DNA of 63,483 nt, filler included, from Thraustochytrium aureum (GCA_012862495.1; 6 parts of 5 records of this genome joined end to end with filler, not necessarily neighbours in it), one strand, 5' to 3'; counted from the first letter of the whole stretch, positions 23,195 through 33,840 are shown. Numbers and translations: made by a program. The notes: generated from the letters alone by a model not told the origin.

Positions 23195-25471
23195 TCACGT
23201 CGGAGTAAAGGGCGGTGGCGACCCTTTTCGCGCCCGCCACATGGCCGCAATCTTGGTCATGGTGGCCTTCTGGCTGCCGCACAGAGCGCGCTCCGCCTTG
23301 AAGTGCTCTTTCACAAAGAGATTGAACTCTGACGGCGGCCTTGCCTTGGCTGGTGTGCCGTCACGGTTGAACACCCCTTTGAACTCAATCCTGCTGTGGC
23401 AGCGCCCACAAACCTGCTCATCAAGCCGAACGGACTTGGAGTGGCGCTGGAAAGTCGCAGCGCAGGCGACACACTCGTACCGGAACTTGGCATGGATGCT
23501 GTAGGAGTGGCAGGTGGTCACCTGGTACTGCGGATACTTTGCAGTCGCAATCTTGGCCCAGTGCTTGAAAGCTGGGCCGTGCGGGGGCTTGGCGCGGCCT
23601 TGCACTTGCCATGCGGCGACGTGGCAAAGCTCGTGCAAAAGGGTCTCGTTCAGCCGCTCGCGACGGTCTAGCACCTTGCAGGATAGCTCCACGCGCGAGG
23701 TCCGCTTTCCGCCCTTCGTCCCTGTGTAGGTCATCCCTGCGGTCTTGCGTAGGCGCTTTGTCCATGAAACCTGCAGGTCGCTTGGGATCGCTCCCTCGAA
23801 GACGGCCGAGTTGAACAGAGTCAACGCTTCTTGCACAAGAGCGTCCCGGTTGGCCGCAGTCACGCGTTGGTCTGCAGCCACCACTGCGCCGGCGCTTTGC
23901 GCACGCTTAGCAGTCGGGCCCTGCTTTCTCGGCCCCTCCATGGGCGGGTGCCGCGGCACCGCGTTTGCGCGACTGCTTTTATTCTCCTTGCCCCCGTGGC
24001 CGCCGCGCTTGCTGGCAGGCTTTGAGGGGCTGCCAAACAGGTCGTCCGAGTTGCCTTCCTCAGAGCCAACGTCGCTGCTGTCGGCGCCGTCGCTGTGTTG
24101 GTCTCCTTGTGCGTCCTCTTCTTCCGACGAGCTTGAGGCTAGGGTCCCGTCGTCCTCCTCGTCCGTCCCTGCCCCTGCGGGATGAAACGAGCTGTCGCTT
24201 GAACTGCTCGAGGCGCGCCGCCCCGAGACCGCCAAAGCGTTGCCATCCTTCGCGTCGGCGTCATCGTCGTCGTCCGCGATAAAAGAGGATTCGTAGTGGT
24301 CTTGGTCTTCGTCCCCATCCGACTCGTCGCCATCCTCGCTCCCGTCGGCACTGCTGCACTCGGCTTCATCACTCTCGGCGTCGAGTCCGTCTTGGTCCGC
24401 TTTGCGCGCAAGTTGGAGGTATTTGGAGACGCGCTGCGACGCAGCCTGAGCTGCCGCACGGCGCGGCCGGCGTGGGGTCTCGAGTCCGCCCGCGCCGGCA
24501 CACGCTCCTGTGCTCCCGAGAATTTCGAGGTCAGAGTCACTGTCGTCGTTGCTATCGCCGCCAGAGTCTTTGGCTTCTGCGCGCCCTTCGAGCTCTTGTG
24601 TCTTGTGGTTCATCGCCTTGCCGGGCTGGGTGCGGGGTCCTTCGGAATCGGTGTCGCCGGTGAGGTCTACGTTGATGATCTGTTTCGAGACGTAGTCAAC
24701 GCTTTCGTCGTGTTGGTTGTCCTCCCCTGCGCTAAGGCTGCTCAGCTCACAGCTGCTCAATGAATGGCGAGCTCGTCGCTCGGTACTCTGGTCGGAAGGC
24801 GTTCTCGCTGAGAATTGGCTCGATTTGCCCCCTCCCATGCTCGCCAGGGCATGCGTCCCCTCAAGTGGCACCGCTGCTCTTGTACTTGTGTCAGGGGATG
24901 ACTCGGTGCTAGCCAAACGCACTTCGGAGCTTGCGTCTTCATCGTCGGCTGAAATCTCTCCGGGTCTGTGCCCACCGTCATCACAATCCGAGTCGAGCGA
25001 GCTGCGCGCGCCCGGGCTCTGCGCATCAAGGACGTCGAGCAATTCCGAGTTGAGCACAGTTCGTGCACTCGACACAGACCCAACCGGTGAGCTGGTAAAA
25101 AAAGCGCTTGTCGCGAGTCGCGGATTGCTGAGCTGTGCCTCCGAGTTGGTCCTGGGGGATGGCGCGCCGTTGCCAGGCATGCTGAGCTGTGCGCCGGCGA
25201 CTTTAGGTTGGCGCAGCGGCGTCCTTCGACGAGGCTCCGATCCAACACAAGTTGGGCCTGCAGCATCCGTTGCATTCGACGACTGCGCCTCGATTTCGAA
25301 TTGCATTTGCAGGAGGGACTGCCGGATGCTGGGAAACCCAGCTTCCATGCTGTCTCGAGTATCCGGCGGGGCCGCCACTTCGCTGAGGCTGGAAGGCAGC
25401 CGTCTGTTGCTGGAGGGCTCGCGCGGCTGAGAATTCGGCGCGTCTTTGGCGAGGTTCATCTTTGAAAACAT
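23195..25471 (-). CDS. GCNA: GCNA/ACRC-like protein: acidic disordered region + SprT metalloprotease + Zn finger + HMG box
   Basis: Long D/E/S-rich region, then VSWTKRLRKTAG, TLLHELCHVAAW, PHGPAFKHWA, YECVAC..QRHSKS..CGRC and PPSEFNLFVKEHF..MTKIAAMW. The true start may lie further upstream. Confidence 0.85.
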   Translation of the reverse strand: MFSKMNLAKDAPNSQPREPSSNRRLPSSLSEVAAPPDTRDSMEAGFPSIRQSLLQMQFEIEAQSSNATDAAGPTCVGSEPRRRTPLRQPKVAGAQLSMPGNGAPSPRTNSEAQLSNPRLATSAFFTSSPVGSVSSARTVLNSELLDVLDAQSPGARSSLDSDCDDGGHRPGEISADDEDASSEVRLASTESSPDTSTRAAVPLEGTHALASMGGGKSSQFSARTPSDQSTERRARHSLSSCELSSLSAGEDNQHDESVDYVSKQIINVDLTGDTDSEGPRTQPGKAMNHKTQELEGRAEAKDSGGDSNDDSDSDLEILGSTGACAGAGGLETPRRPRRAAAQAASQRVSKYLQLARKADQDGLDAESDEAECSSADGSEDGDESDGDEDQDHYESSFIADDDDDADAKDGNALAVSGRRASSSSSDSSFHPAGAGTDEEDDGTLASSSSEEEDAQGDQHSDGADSSDVGSEEGNSDDLFGSPSKPASKRGGHGGKENKSSRANAVPRHPPMEGPRKQGPTAKRAQSAGAVVAADQRVTAANRDALVQEALTLFNSAVFEGAIPSDLQVSWTKRLRKTAGMTYTGTKGGKRTSRVELSCKVLDRRERLNETLLHELCHVAAWQVQGRAKPPHGPAFKHWAKIATAKYPQYQVTTCHSYSIHAKFRYECVACAATFQRHSKSVRLDEQVCGRCHSRIEFKGVFNRDGTPAKARPPSEFNLFVKEHFKAERALCGSQKATMTKIAAMWRARKGSPPPFTPT

Positions 25472-26219
25472 GTCATTGATAGACGACGCAAAGCGCGCGG
25501 ACAATGCTGTGCCGGGGTCGCGAGTGCAGCGTTCGCAGCATCAGCGAGGGACGGCGATGTGCGGCTTTGCGCCGAGTCCCAGGAGCTTTGGGAGGCCGTA
25601 GACCTCCTTGACGCGCTGGAAAGTGGAGTCCCCCACTCGGACCGCTCGGCCCATCCTCTNNNNNNNNNNNNNNNNNNNNNNNNNNNNNNNNNNNNNNNNN
25701 NNNNNNNNNNNNNNNNNNNNNNNNNNNNNNNNNNNNNNNNNNNNNNNNNNNNNNNNNNNNNNNNNNNNNNNNNNNNNNNNNNNNNNNNNNNNNNNNNNNN
25801 NNNNNNNNNNNNNNNNNNNNNNNNNNNNNNNNNNNNNNNNNNNNNNNNNNNNNNNNNNNNNNNNNNNNNNNNNNNNNNNNNNNNNNNNNNNNNNNNNNNN
25901 NNNNNNNNNNNNNNNNNNNNNNNNNNNNNNNNNNNNNNNNNNNNNNNNNNNNNNNNNNNNNNNNNNNNNNNNNNNNNNNNNNNNNNNNNNNNNNNNNNNN
26001 NNNNNNNNNNNNNNNNNNNNNNNNNNNNNNNNNNNNNNNNNNNNNNNNNNNNNNNNNNNNNNNNNNNNNNNNNNNNNNNNNNNNNNNNNNNNNNNNNNNN
26101 NNNNNNNNNNNNNNNNNNNNNNNNNNNNNNNNNNNNNNNNNNNNNNNNNNNNNNNNNNNNNNNNNNNNNNNNNNNNNNNNNNNNNNNNNNNNNNNNNNNN
26201 NNNNNNNNNNNNNNNNNNN

Positions 26220-27310
26220 TTGCTCGCGGTCGAGCGAGTCGAACGCACCGACGAAAGCGAAAAGGCGAGGGTCCGTGACGGACGTCTCCGGGTGCCCAGC
26301 GTCCAGCCAGCGCGAGGAATTTCGCCAGCACTAAGCGAAGGCCCGAACTTTGTCTGAAACGATGCCAGAGCCGCCGGCGCGAGCTGGTTGAAAGCTTCTG
26401 GAAATGCAAAGAGCATGGTAGAGTCGCATGGGTTCTCGCCAGGAGCGCCTCGCGTGAGCTGAAGGTTGCGCGCAATGTGTCCAAACCCCGTGACGAGCTG
26501 CGAGGTTTCCAGCTGGAGGTAGTCAACGAGAACCTCGTCGCCGCTGTCGATCTGCTTTGTGGCCTGGACCGAAACGGCACCGTCCTCTCCGCGCACAAAC
26601 TTTGCGTTACTCGCTTCTTGGAAGCTGCCATTGCAAAGATCCACCAGCGGAAAGATCCCGCTGCGCTCGCCCTCGAGCGAGCTCGGGATCACTCGAGCGT
26701 GGAAGCAGACGTGCACGTACTGGCACTGCTCAAGCAACGAGTCGAATCGGGATTCGTCAAGCACGAGGTGAGTCGCAAGCGCCGGCATCACCACATGCTC
26801 GAGTGTGCGCTGCGCCGACACTTTGTTCTGGAGCGCAACGAGGTATGTCTTTGTCCCAAGGAGTTGCTCGATCTCCTCGTCGCTCCAGAAGAGCGGGAAG
26901 GCTTCTTTGACCTCGGCCAGAGTGGGCCAGCACGCAAAGTACGGGCTCAGTGCGCTCGCCTCGCCCTTGCCGACCTCGACCAGCAGGTAGCTCAACAGGG
27001 CGAAGTGCTGCACCATCTCCGTCCGCATTGGCTCAGGCAAGGTCCCAGTCTGGTCGCAGATCGTTGCGCCGGCGTCAAAGGCCTCAAACCCGTCTAGCTC
27101 GCGTGGGACGGTCACCGGGGGCGACATCACGATGACCTCCCCGCTGCCAATCGTCTCAACTGCAAACAGGCCAATCCCGCTCGCAGCAGACTCGGCCACC
27201 CGCGCAGCCGGCGACACGAATGCGGTCTCGGGGCTGGCGCGTCCTTGCCACCACGTCGTGAGGTCCTCTACTTGGCTGCGCGACTCCATCACAGCCTCCG
27301 TCGGGCTCAT
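26220..27310 (-). CDS. SET-domain lysine methyltransferase (SETD3/Rubisco-LSMT type); 3' end in N gap
   Basis: GIGLFAVETIGSGEVI; PLFWSDEE; GIFPLVDLCN; ATKQIDSGDEVLVDY; LVTGFG. Confidence 0.8.
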
Positions 27311-27563
27311 TTGCGCCCCCTGCTCTTTCCAAAACGAAAAGCGGGCGCCGCGCACGAGGCTTTCGTCGTCCGGGGTCTGCCGTCCGTGGCCTGGGCGGTG
27401 TAGGCGCGGCGCGTCCACTTTACGACCAGAATCGAGCGTGCATGGCGTGCGCCAAGTCTCGCACAGAGAAGAGCACACGCGCCTTGAAGTTGCGACAAGT
27501 TACTTCCATTGTCAACGGATCCGTGCGACCACGAACGACCCAATCCGCGCAACAGCACGCTGG

Positions 27564-27610
27564 GCAAACCGCCGGCGAGGCAGCAAACCGCCAGCGAGGC
27601 AGCAAACCGC
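27564..27610. repeat. 19-bp tandem repeat x2.5 (GCAAACCGCCRGCGAGGCA)
   Basis: Directly visible in the divergent intergenic region. Confidence 0.8.
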
Positions 27611-28622
27611 GCGCGCGCGGTCGCGATTGCTGGGCAGGGCGCCGGGAGTACCCCACGCCCCGGAGCAGGCAAGTGTGCCGCAAACAAACCCAGCCACCAC
27701 CACGCCACACGCACTCGTTCATGGCGACAAGCCCAGCACCAGTCGCAGCGCACGGCGGATGACAACCCAGGGCGCTTGAGGCGTTGAAGGACGCGGTGAA
27801 GGTCACGATGGGCGCGAAGGACCCAGAGGGCTGGGATGAGGCGGGATGGACCGGTTTCCTCCAGGATGTGGCGCTCCTGCATGTCTTGATCAAGGGTGGT
27901 TACTTGTACACGGATGACCGCTCNNNNNNNNNNNNNNNNNNNNNNNNNNNNNNNNNNNNNNNNNNNNNNNNNNNNNNNNNNNNNNNNNNNNNNNNNNNNN
28001 NNNNNNNNNNNNNNNNNNNNNNNNNNNNNNNNNNNNNNNNNNNNNNNNNNNNNNNNNNNNNNNNNNNNNNNNNNNNNNNNNNNNNNNNNNNNNNNNNNNN
28101 NNNNNNNNNNNNNNNNNNNNNNNNNNNNNNNNNNNNNNNNNNNNNNNNNNNNNNNNNNNNNNNNNNNNNNNNNNNNNNNNNNNNNNNNNNNNNNNNNNNN
28201 NNNNNNNNNNNNNNNNNNNNNNNNNNNNNNNNNNNNNNNNNNNNNNNNNNNNNNNNNNNNNNNNNNNNNNNNNNNNNNNNNNNNNNNNNNNNNNNNNNNN
28301 NNNNNNNNNNNNNNNNNNNNNNNNNNNNNNNNNNNNNNNNNNNNNNNNNNNNGCGCTTCAGGCAGCAAGGCGCCCCGGCCTCTTCGCTTGTGCGCGGCAA
28401 CGAGAGGCGAGACCGCCCTCTGCGGCGGGCCGTTCGCGCTCGCTCCGGGCACCGCGCTCGCCTCGTCGATCGGCGAGAGTCCCGGTCGTCCGCTGGCGAG
28501 AGGCCTGCGGCGCTGCTGTGCTCGCACGCTCGGGTGCGCGCGACAGGCTGCGCTGGCTGAGCTCGGGCGGTTGGCTCGGCTGCGGCTCGCAAGGGACGGG
28601 GCTGACGCCGGGGCGCGGGCAG

Positions 28623-30508
28623 ATGTCGGGGTCGAGGACTGACGTGCTTGCGACCCTGGAGGAGCTGCTGGATGAAAGGTCGCACGAGGCGCTTGATGTC
28701 CGTGAAGGCCGCGTGGACTGGAAGGGACGCGTGGCGCGCGTGTGCGTTGACGGGATCCAGGAAGGTCGCCGCGCCGGCATTGTGGTGGAGCTTGCAGGGA
28801 TCGGCAGCGCCGCGGGGATCCGTTGCGTCGTGGCCGTCAAGGCGGGCAAAGACCGCGCGCAGTCGGTCCTAGCCGCCCAGCTCGGGGACGCGATCGGCCT
28901 GTGCTGTCCGCAGTGCGCGTGATCGATCAAGGCGCGCCGGAAAGCCAAGTGCTACAAGATGCCGTCCTAGCGCTGGAGGCGGGCGCGAAAGGCTACCTTG
29001 CCGCAGCCCAGCACCTGCTGCTGGTCGAAGCGGGCGTCGGCAGCGTGCCCCTCCAGAGGGCTCTCGAGACCACCACAGACCACGCGCGCCTCAGCGACCT
29101 CTTTTACAATCTGGGTCTTGTTGTTGTTTTGGATGTGCTTACGCGCAACGGCGGCCGCCTGCCCTTCGGGGCCCTGTGGGATCAACCAGCGCATCCAAGC
29201 GACGCGCTCGTTCTTGTAGGACCGCCCTCGCGCGAGGTCGCGCTGCTCGTGTCCGTCGATGAAGAGGCCGCGTGCATGACGGGATCCAAAGCGGCAGAGG
29301 GCTATCTGGCATCGCTTCTCGAGGCGTTAGCAAGCCCAGAAGCGCTCCGCGCTGCACTTGCGCCGACGGCGGCTTTCCTCAACTCGCTCACCCCGATGCC
29401 ATTTAGCGGAGCTGTCGAGGCGCTCGCCTCCGGGGTGCGTCTCGGCGTGCGCCGCGCGGCGCATCTCACGCGCGCCGACCTCGAGTCGATGGCGTCGCGA
29501 AGCGGCGAAAGCTCTACTGCGAACGTCGAACGGACACTCGAGATCTTGGCGGTCCTGCGGTCAAGTGGGGTCAACAGAGTGCGCTTCGATCGCGAAGAGG
29601 GCGTTGGCGGCCTTGCTCGCGTCCTCAGCGCCATTGGCCGCCGCCGCGAAGGCTCGGCCGAGACCCTCGTGTTTGTGGACTTTGACCGCACGCTCACCAA
29701 CGGGCTAGCCAGCGGCAGTGACCTGGCGCTGGCCAAACGCGTGCGTGGAGGCCAAGAAACGGTGAATGCGCTGCGCGACGCCGCCGAAAGCGGACTGTAC
29801 ATGGCAGTCATCACGGCGCGGTCGCCGCGTGCCACGGTCGTGCAGCAGCTCGTCGCGTCGATGCGGGGTCCCCAGCGCGAGCTGGGTGAGTTTTTCCTGC
29901 GGGCAGAGCAGTTTGCAGGCGAGACGATGCCGGAGGTGCTCGAGGAGGTCTTTGCCGGCCAAAAGCTCGCCTTTGCTGTGGATGCCAACTTGTACGCCTC
30001 CGACTATCAAAAGCCAGCTGCAGTGGCCCACGCTGTTTGCCGCCGGTTCGAAGACTGCCAAGCCCCGCCAGAAATAGAGGTCGTGTTCGTGGACGATGTT
30101 GCGATGAACGCTCACGATGTGGCGCTGCGCGTTCACGGCATGCTGGTCGAGGCGGGCCGCGGCGACCTATCAGATCTCCTCACCGTGCGCGCTGTCTGGT
30201 GGGACACAATTAAGGAGGACACTGGGCCAACGCCGTCCATGGTGCCCGAGCTGGGCCAGACAGAGCAAGGCTACCAGGATTTTATGCTTGCGCAGCTCGT
30301 CGATTTTGGGATTTCCGCCGCCGAGGCGAGACGCCGCAAGGCGCTCTACGAGGCCGAGGCGGCTGCGTCTGGGCGCCCCGTGAAGAATCTCGTCGAGCGG
30401 CCAAAGCCGGGCAAGCTCAAGCCGCCGTCTGCGGGCCAAGAAAAGCTTGCTGCTTTCCTCTTTGGCGGGGGCAAGAAAGGCCCACCAACAAGCTCGAGAG
30501 AGAGCTAG
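28623..30508 (+). CDS. Actin-fragmin-kinase-like (pseudo)kinase fused to a HAD-superfamily phosphatase; frameshift ~28913; start uncertain
   Basis: VAVKAG..SVLAAQLGDAIGLCCPQ/VRVID and LGLVVVLDVLTRNGGRLPF are AFK-like. HAD motifs follow: FVDFDRTLT (I), ITAR (II), QKP (III), FVDD (IV). Confidence 0.65.
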
Positions 30509-30630
30509 AGCTCGAGAGAGACACCAAATCAAGCGCGACGCTCTCCAAAAATAAAGGGCACGGGCGTCATGTGGCTGGTGGTTCCTGTGCATGCTCTGCG
30601 AGGAAGCTGTCGTTTGTCAGTTTATGCGCC

Positions 30631-30730
30631 NNNNNNNNNNNNNNNNNNNNNNNNNNNNNNNNNNNNNNNNNNNNTTAATTAATTAANNNNNNNNNNNNNN
30701 NNNNNNNNNNNNNNNNNNNNNNNNNNNNNN
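30631..30730. other. Artificial scaffold spacer (44N-TTAATTAATTAA-44N)
   Basis: 100-nt spacer whose 12-mer places stops in all six frames. Confidence 0.97.
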
Positions 30731-31720
30731 GAGCCGCTGACCGACGAGCTGGCGCTCTCGGCCCTGCGCGGCAACCCGCGCCTCCGGATGCTCGATCTGA
30801 GCGGTTGCAGCCGCCTCACGCACGCCTCGCTGGGCCGAATCGGTGAGCTCTGCCCTCGGCTCACTTTTCTCAGTCTCAAACGAATCCCCAACGTGGAGGA
30901 CGCCGCAATAGAAAGCGTGGCGCGCAGCTGCGTCCAGCTGGAGAGCCTGAACCTCAGCGACTGCCACATGCTGACAGACGTCAGCATGCGCGAAATCGGC
31001 GAGCGCCTTCGGCACCTCCGCGTGTTTCATGCCAAGGACCTGTACAGCGTGACAGACACGTCGATAGAGCCCATCCTCGCGGCGTGCGGGCCGCACTTGC
31101 AGGTGCTGAGTCTTTGGGCGATGCACCGGCTGACGGGCGCCGGTCTGCGCCCGCTGGCCGAGCAAGCTTGCGGGAGGCTGGCATCGCTCAACTTGTGGGG
31201 CTGCTTTCTTCTTGACGACTCCACTATTATCTCGACGGTGTGCAAATGCGTCAACCTGGTCAACCTCAACTTGCGGGACGTTCACCTCCTGACGGACACA
31301 GCGATTGTTGCGGTCGCACAGTCGCTTCCGCGGCTACAGCACCTCGACCTCCGGTACCTCCAGGCGATCACCGACGCCGGGTTGGGGCAAATTGCGCGGC
31401 GGCTTGTGCGCCTCCGCTCGCTCAATCTGACCCACTGTCAAGGCGTTACGGAGAATGGCGTCGAAGAGGTTTGCATGCGGCTCGAGCGCCTCTCAGAGCT
31501 GTATCTGGCGCATGGACCGGGCTGGAGCGACGCGACGGTGACAAGGATCGCAAGCGCAATGCAGCGGCGGCGCAACCAGGACTCGCTTCTTGATCTGCTA
31601 GACCTGCGCGGGAACGAGGCCGTGTCGGACGCGGCGTGCGGCATCCTATCTCGAGGCCTCGGCAAGCCGTTCAAAGAAAAGACGCATCGCGTCCTCCTCT
31701 TCAGCCCGTCGCTCGACTAG
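30731..31720 (+). CDS. FBXL/AMN1-type cysteine-containing LRR protein (5' partial)
   Basis: Repeats LDLSGCSRLTHASL, LNLSDCHMLTDVSM, LNLWGCFLLDDSTI, LNLTHCQGVTENGV. Confidence 0.85.
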   Translation, partial: EPLTDELALSALRGNPRLRMLDLSGCSRLTHASLGRIGELCPRLTFLSLKRIPNVEDAAIESVARSCVQLESLNLSDCHMLTDVSMREIGERLRHLRVFHAKDLYSVTDTSIEPILAACGPHLQVLSLWAMHRLTGAGLRPLAEQACGRLASLNLWGCFLLDDSTIISTVCKCVNLVNLNLRDVHLLTDTAIVAVAQSLPRLQHLDLRYLQAITDAGLGQIARRLVRLRSLNLTHCQGVTENGVEEVCMRLERLSELYLAHGPGWSDATVTRIASAMQRRRNQDSLLDLLDLRGNEAVSDAACGILSRGLGKPFKEKTHRVLLFSPSLD

Positions 31721-32055
31721 TAGGCTTTTTCACGAAGGAGCTCGCGCCGCGATCTGCACTGTTCGCCAGAGAAGCGCGCCGGCTGTCGGCGAGCAGGCTT
31801 GAGCGCTGGTGCGGCAGGACTCGCCGCGGTGCTCGCTGCTTTTCGGGGCAACCCAAGGCGTGCGGAGACTGGCAAGTCCGGCAACAACGGGGGGAAAGAC
31901 ACGCTCTTGCTTGCTTGCTTGCTCGCTCGGCTCTTGCACTAGCTAGAGAGGCTCTCTCTACTAGCTCTAGCTAGCTAGAGAGAGCGGTAAAAGAGGCGCA
32001 GGCGGCGGCGATGTACGTAGATACCGAAAGCAATAACAGCAAGCTCGCCCCGGCT

Positions 32056-33606
32056 CTACTCGCTCGCCGCGGCGGGCGGCTCCGGCGCGCCAGAGGGCTC
32101 GGCGTCCGGCGCTGCCGAGGACGCAGCAACTTGCGCATCGATCAGCTGCTGCAGCGCTGCCTGCGCGGCAAACTCCTTCATCTCGGGCAGCATCGCGGAC
32201 GTCGAGCTGCTCGCGTTGATCTCCGCGGCGCCCTTGTCCCAGCCCTGTTCGTGGTCAGCAAACATCATGTCGCCGACGGCGATGTCGCGGATCGGCCAAG
32301 CGAGGCTGAAAAACATCCGGTAGTCGTGCGAGTAGACCGGGACGATGCGAAAGTTGGCCTCGCCCTCATGCAGCTCGGCAATGAGTCCAGTCTTCTTGCG
32401 GCGGATTCGCGTGCCGATCTCGTCGAGCATGTAGTACACCGTGTCCCGCTCGTCTGGCTTGGAGGGGTCGGCAACCACCGTGTAGCTCCCGAGGACGGGC
32501 TTGAGGCGGTCGAGCAGGAGCGACGTGGCATCCTTGGGCTCCCCCGCTGCTGTCGGCTGCGCCTCTGCGGCAGGCGGGGCCATCGCCTCGAGCCTGGCGC
32601 GCAAGCCCTCTACGTGCTCGAGCGACGCCGCTGCGTCCTCTTTGCTTGCAAAGGACCAGGCATGGTCCACGATAAAGACGATTTCGTTGCGCTTCATTGG
32701 GGTTCTCGCCAGCATGACCAAGTCGTCGCAGCCGATGATCTCTGCGAACTGGGCGTGCTGCCCGATGTCAAAGTTCTGCTCGATCATTTTGGCGCAGACA
32801 GACTTCCACAGTTCGCGCGGCACGTTGGCGGCGGAGAGCTGCGACTCGTGTCGAGACAGCCAAGCCTCGTACGTGCCTGGCCCCTTGCGGAAGAGCCGCG
32901 CCGGCGCCGCGCCCCACTCCATGTCGATGCTAAACATCGCCCCCACCTGCACAAAGTCGACCGAGGGCAAGGGTTCCATGTGGGTCACCAGGAGAAATGA
33001 GCCCTCTTTCATGAACTCGGCGAACATGCAGGCCATGCGCTGACGCAGCTCGCGCGGGAAAGCAAGGTCGAAGCAGTACACCACGGTCGCTGCCTTGAGG
33101 AGCTCTGGAGTTACCGTGGTGCGCAGGGCGTCGCAGCAGTGAAACTCGATCTTGTCGGCGCTCGTCGCCAGCGCTTTGCCGGGCTGCTTTTCCAGTTCGC
33201 CGAGCTTGTCCCTCGCCTTGTTGGCCTCCTGCACGTGCGCTTCCACGAGCTCGACTCCGGCCACCTTGGCCCAGCTCTGAAACGCTGCGGCGCCAAAGCA
33301 GACGTGCCCGCGCCCGCTGCCGATGTCGACAAAGACCTCCGTCCCGTCGCCCTTGAGTCTCTCCTCGGCGGGGACGCTCTCGTTGATGGCCCTGAGTGTT
33401 GGCCACACGCTCGCCGGCGGGGTATCCCCATAGAGCAGCGATAGATCCTTTTCACTACTCGCTGTCGGCTGCGTTGGCTGGTCGGCCGACGCCTCCTGCT
33501 GCTTCTTCAGCACGTTCGCAATAGCCTCCTTGTCCAGCGTCTGCTGGGCGAGGCACTCGTCCACGACGCCGCGCCACGCCTCGGTGGCCCCTGCCTCTGC
33601 AGCCAT
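32056..33606 (-). CDS. DOT1-like class I methyltransferase fused to a TTLL12-type N-terminal SET-like domain
   Basis: DOT1-like: LYGDT, FVDIGSGRGH, GVEL, EFHCCDAL, ATVVYCFDLAF. TTLL12-N-like: LSAANVPRELW..FDIG, VFIVDHAWSF, YYMLDEIGTRIR, SLAWPIRDIAVGD. Confidence 0.8.
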   Translation of the reverse strand: MAAEAGATEAWRGVVDECLAQQTLDKEAIANVLKKQQEASADQPTQPTASSEKDLSLLYGDTPPASVWPTLRAINESVPAEERLKGDGTEVFVDIGSGRGHVCFGAAAFQSWAKVAGVELVEAHVQEANKARDKLGELEKQPGKALATSADKIEFHCCDALRTTVTPELLKAATVVYCFDLAFPRELRQRMACMFAEFMKEGSFLLVTHMEPLPSVDFVQVGAMFSIDMEWGAAPARLFRKGPGTYEAWLSRHESQLSAANVPRELWKSVCAKMIEQNFDIGQHAQFAEIIGCDDLVMLARTPMKRNEIVFIVDHAWSFASKEDAAASLEHVEGLRARLEAMAPPAAEAQPTAAGEPKDATSLLLDRLKPVLGSYTVVADPSKPDERDTVYYMLDEIGTRIRRKKTGLIAELHEGEANFRIVPVYSHDYRMFFSLAWPIRDIAVGDMMFADHEQGWDKGAAEINASSSTSAMLPEMKEFAAQAALQQLIDAQVAASSAAPDAEPSGAPEPPAAASE

Positions 33607-33740
33607 CGCCGCCTGGATCGCTCGCTCGCTCGCTCTTCGCCCGCCACTACTGCCAGCAGCCAGCGGCCCGCGCGCACTCGCAGCAGCGCCTTCCGCGAGC
33701 GCTGGACGCCTGCCCGATGCGGGTCTGTTCGCCGACGCTC

Positions 33741-33840
33741 NNNNNNNNNNNNNNNNNNNNNNNNNNNNNNNNNNNNNNNNNNNNTTAATTAATTAANNNN
33801 NNNNNNNNNNNNNNNNNNNNNNNNNNNNNNNNNNNNNNNN
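33741..33840. other. Artificial scaffold spacer
   Basis: 44N-TTAATTAATTAA-44N. Confidence 0.97.

Noticed and set aside
18041..27762. TGA readthrough or alternative genetic code (in-frame TGAs at 18041 and 27760)
   Set aside because: ACSF3, GT10 and GCNA end normally on TGA, and around 18041 the conserved motif lies in another frame, which indicates indels.
27721..28620. Possible extra gene or N-terminal part of the kinase-HAD gene
   Set aside because: It looks partly coding (EGWDEAGWTGFLQDVALLHVLIKGG) but is split by a stop and a 429-N gap, so it cannot be defined.
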